A DNA stretch of 43,375 nt from Acidimicrobiales bacterium (GTDB lineage Bacteria; Actinomycetota; Acidimicrobiia; Acidimicrobiales; RAAP-2). The DNA lies in contig DASZGT010000107.1 in assembly GCA_035938575.1 (NCBI GenBank), positions 1-43,375 of the forward strand, read 5' to 3'. Each line of letters begins with the position of its first letter. The first letter of the stretch is position 1. This document shows positions 41,805-43,375 of the stretch, piece after piece. Both the position numbers and the translations under genes were made by a program. Under the pieces are notes generated by a model, which was not told the DNA's origin, did no database searches, and worked only from the letters and a program-made list of their open reading frames with translations.

Positions 41805-42572
41805 TCATTTGGAGAAGTGCGTCGTCGGCCGGGGCAGCGGCTCGCCGTCGAGAACGATGTCAACCTTTTCGTTGTAGAAGGCGATGAGCCCGGCAATGGG
41901 AAGTAGCTGCCTGGTGGGAAAGTTGTAGACCCACGCCACGTCCGGGTGGATGGTGTCTCCGAGTTGGAAGGACCAATAGCCGCTGGTAGTCCCCTTGTAA
42001 GGACACGACGTCACCGTCTCTGAGGGGATCAGATGCTCGAAGTCCAGTTCGGTGCGGTTGAGGTAGTAGCGGGTGGGCAGACCAGTTTCAAACACCATCA
42101 CCGGCGACGATGACTCCGCCACCACCAGTCCCTTGAGCTCAATCCGCACCGTGCGCGTCGACCGCAGCGCATCGACCCGGGCGTAGGGATTTCGGGGGTG
42201 GACGAAGACCTCTTCATCCTCCTCGAACCAGGCGTCCATGGCATCCCAATCGAAGCGGACCATACCTGCGAGTCCCTCGAGAGCGTCGTCGGTATACACG
42301 TGCGCGGAAGCCGGACGCTCCACGGCCCCGACATGTAGACCGTACTGACGTGAAGTTCCGCGGTGCCGGTGCTGGCTCTGTTCCTCGTCGACCAGCACAT
42401 CCTTGGCCACGTCGGCGATGGGCACGTAGTACCGGGGATAGTTGGGCGACTCCCAGACATAGACGGCCTGAGTGGTATCCAGCACCACCGCACCCGACAG
42501 CACGGCACGGATGCGCCGCGGCACGGGTTCTATGTGGTCAACCGGCACGATCACCCCGGGATAATCACTCAT
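41805..42572 (-). CDS. tandem DUF427 domain protein
   Basis: Track ORF 41805..42680 trimmed to ATG 42572, preceded by GGAG. The second half has the DUF427 hallmark TSCPYKGTTSGYWS..AWVYNFP..IAGLIAFYNEKVD. The first half is a diverged copy (VWESPNYPRYYVPIADV). Confidence 0.85.
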   Translation of the reverse strand: MSDYPGVIVPVDHIEPVPRRIRAVLSGAVVLDTTQAVYVWESPNYPRYYVPIADVAKDVLVDEEQSQHRHRGTSRQYGLHVGAVERPASAHVYTDDALEGLAGMVRFDWDAMDAWFEEDEEVFVHPRNPYARVDALRSTRTVRIELKGLVVAESSSPVMVFETGLPTRYYLNRTELDFEHLIPSETVTSCPYKGTTSGYWSFQLGDTIHPDVAWVYNFPTRQLLPIAGLIAFYNEKVDIVLDGEPLPRPTTHFSK

Positions 42573-42726
42573 CGCACACTCCAATGGCCCATTCGGACAA
42601 GGTGCAGTGGCCCAGTCACCACCGTGTTCCGGCACTACCGATCGACGAGACGCAGGCCGATCCGGAAACAGCCGGTCCAACTGCGAATGGTACCGGTCGC
42701 AGCTTCGGCACGGAAGTTGTCGGCGA

Positions 42727-43375
42727 TCACGACCCGAACCGGATACCGAGTCGGTCCTGTTCGACCAGGGTGGCCAGCCGCCCGCTGATCATCGCACTCA
42801 CGTCCATCAAGTTCCCAAGCTCCTTGGCCACCGCTGAGGCCAGCGAGCCGACGCTCGAGGATCCGGACAATTCCAGAGAGCGGCGATAGGCGGGAACTGA
42901 CGACCATTCCGCTACCGTCAACGGACCGACCTCGATATGCAACTGCAGTCCCCACGCAGCCCGGCCGGTCCGAAATGCCTGGATGGGACAGGCGGCACTC
43001 GAGGCGAGCAGCGTGGCATCGGCTGGAAGACGCCTGACCTCGGAACTGTGCCACTGCAGCCCGAGGACCGGCGAGCCCAGTTCCGCGAGCAGGAAGTCGT
43101 CGCCTGCCTCGGTCCGGAGGTCGATCTGGCAAAGGCCGATCTCCGGCTCCTCCATGGGCGCCACCTCTCCCCCCAGGGCATCGGCGAGCAACTGGTGGCC
43201 GAGACATACTCCGAGGAAGGGCCGATCGAGTTCGCGCACCCATTGGCGGATCACCGACTTCTCCTCCACCAGCCACGGGTAACGGTCCTCCTCCCAGACG
43301 TCCATGGGACCACCCATCACGACCAGCAGGTCGAACGGGTCGAGATCCGGCACCGTTTCGCCATGGTCGAGCTCC
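42727..43375 (-). CDS. class I glutamine amidotransferase-like protein; N-terminus runs off the right edge of the window
   Basis: The frame stays open to the window end (..ELDHGETVPDLDPFDLLVVMGGPMDV..). Nucleophile elbow FLGVCLGHQLL and a later LQLHIEV (His-Glu) are present. Confidence 0.85.
   Translation of the reverse strand, partial: ELDHGETVPDLDPFDLLVVMGGPMDVWEEDRYPWLVEEKSVIRQWVRELDRPFLGVCLGHQLLADALGGEVAPMEEPEIGLCQIDLRTEAGDDFLLAELGSPVLGLQWHSSEVRRLPADATLLASSAACPIQAFRTGRAAWGLQLHIEVGPLTVAEWSSVPAYRRSLELSGSSSVGSLASAVAKELGNLMDVSAMISGRLATLVEQDRLGIRFGS

Noticed and set aside
40590-41813. Possible direct repeats TCATTTGAA (about 40590) and TCATTTGGA (about 41805) flanking the low-GC membrane-protein gene, as insertion scars
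   Set aside because: The match is only 8 of 9 nt. The right copy is simply the stop codon and last codons of the DUF427 gene. No integrase or transposase is nearby, so this is most likely chance.
1-43375. Search for CRISPR arrays, IS elements, integrases, rRNA, tmRNA, RNase P or SRP RNA signatures
   Set aside because: Apart from the single 2 x 13-bp tandem at 3591-3616, I saw no spaced direct repeats, no transposase- or integrase-like ORFs, and no conserved core sequences of these RNAs when reading both strands.

Overview
This is a 43.4-kb, visibly G+C-rich segment with G/C-dominated third codon positions, many GTG starts and GGAGG-like ribosome-binding sites. It looks like the chromosome of a high-GC Gram-positive organism (Actinomycetota-like), but I cannot place it more precisely from sequence alone. 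It is densely coding. I support 36 protein-coding genes, two of them truncated by the window edges. I find no rRNA, tRNA, CRISPR array, transposase, integrase or phage genes.

Gene content, left to right:
- A SARP-type regulator fused to a STAND ATPase (partial).
- A loose group of small-molecule enzymes (thiolase, ThDP acetolactate-synthase-like enzyme, amidase, DSD1-type PLP enzyme, aldo/keto reductase) with a DHA2 MFS exporter.
- A signalling block: USP, a 1100-aa class III cyclase-ATPase-TPR protein, a 797-aa protein with an MpaB/DUF2236 C-terminal domain, a second USP and a DUF2252 protein.
- mscL, a P450, a secreted GH5 hydrolase and metE.
- A stand-alone nuoL.
- An SDR-YoaK-GNAT operon.
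- A lower-GC orphan gene flanked by long non-coding DNA.
- A TetR-VOC-adk operon divergent from a methyltransferase.
- An APC permease, a Zn-ADH, a lipoprotein/membrane-protein pair, a second methyltransferase, a lower-GC polytopic membrane protein, a tandem DUF427 protein and a partial class I glutamine amidotransferase.

The longest ORFs in the supplied track often over-extend at the 5' end. I trimmed starts using RBS position and family-typical N-termini.

I did not find a clear-cut, self-evident novel multi-gene system. The best leads for follow-up are:
1. The cyclase-STAND-TPR / USP / MpaB-fusion / DUF2252 neighbourhood.
2. The unknown ~430-aa N-terminal domain of the 797-aa protein.
3. 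The orphan gene island at 30.9-32.1 kb.
4. The orphan nuoL with its 316-bp non-coding tail.
5. The SARP-linked enzyme/exporter neighbourhood, which has a perfect tandem repeat in a divergent promoter.

All functional calls rest on motif recognition by eye. No database search was run.
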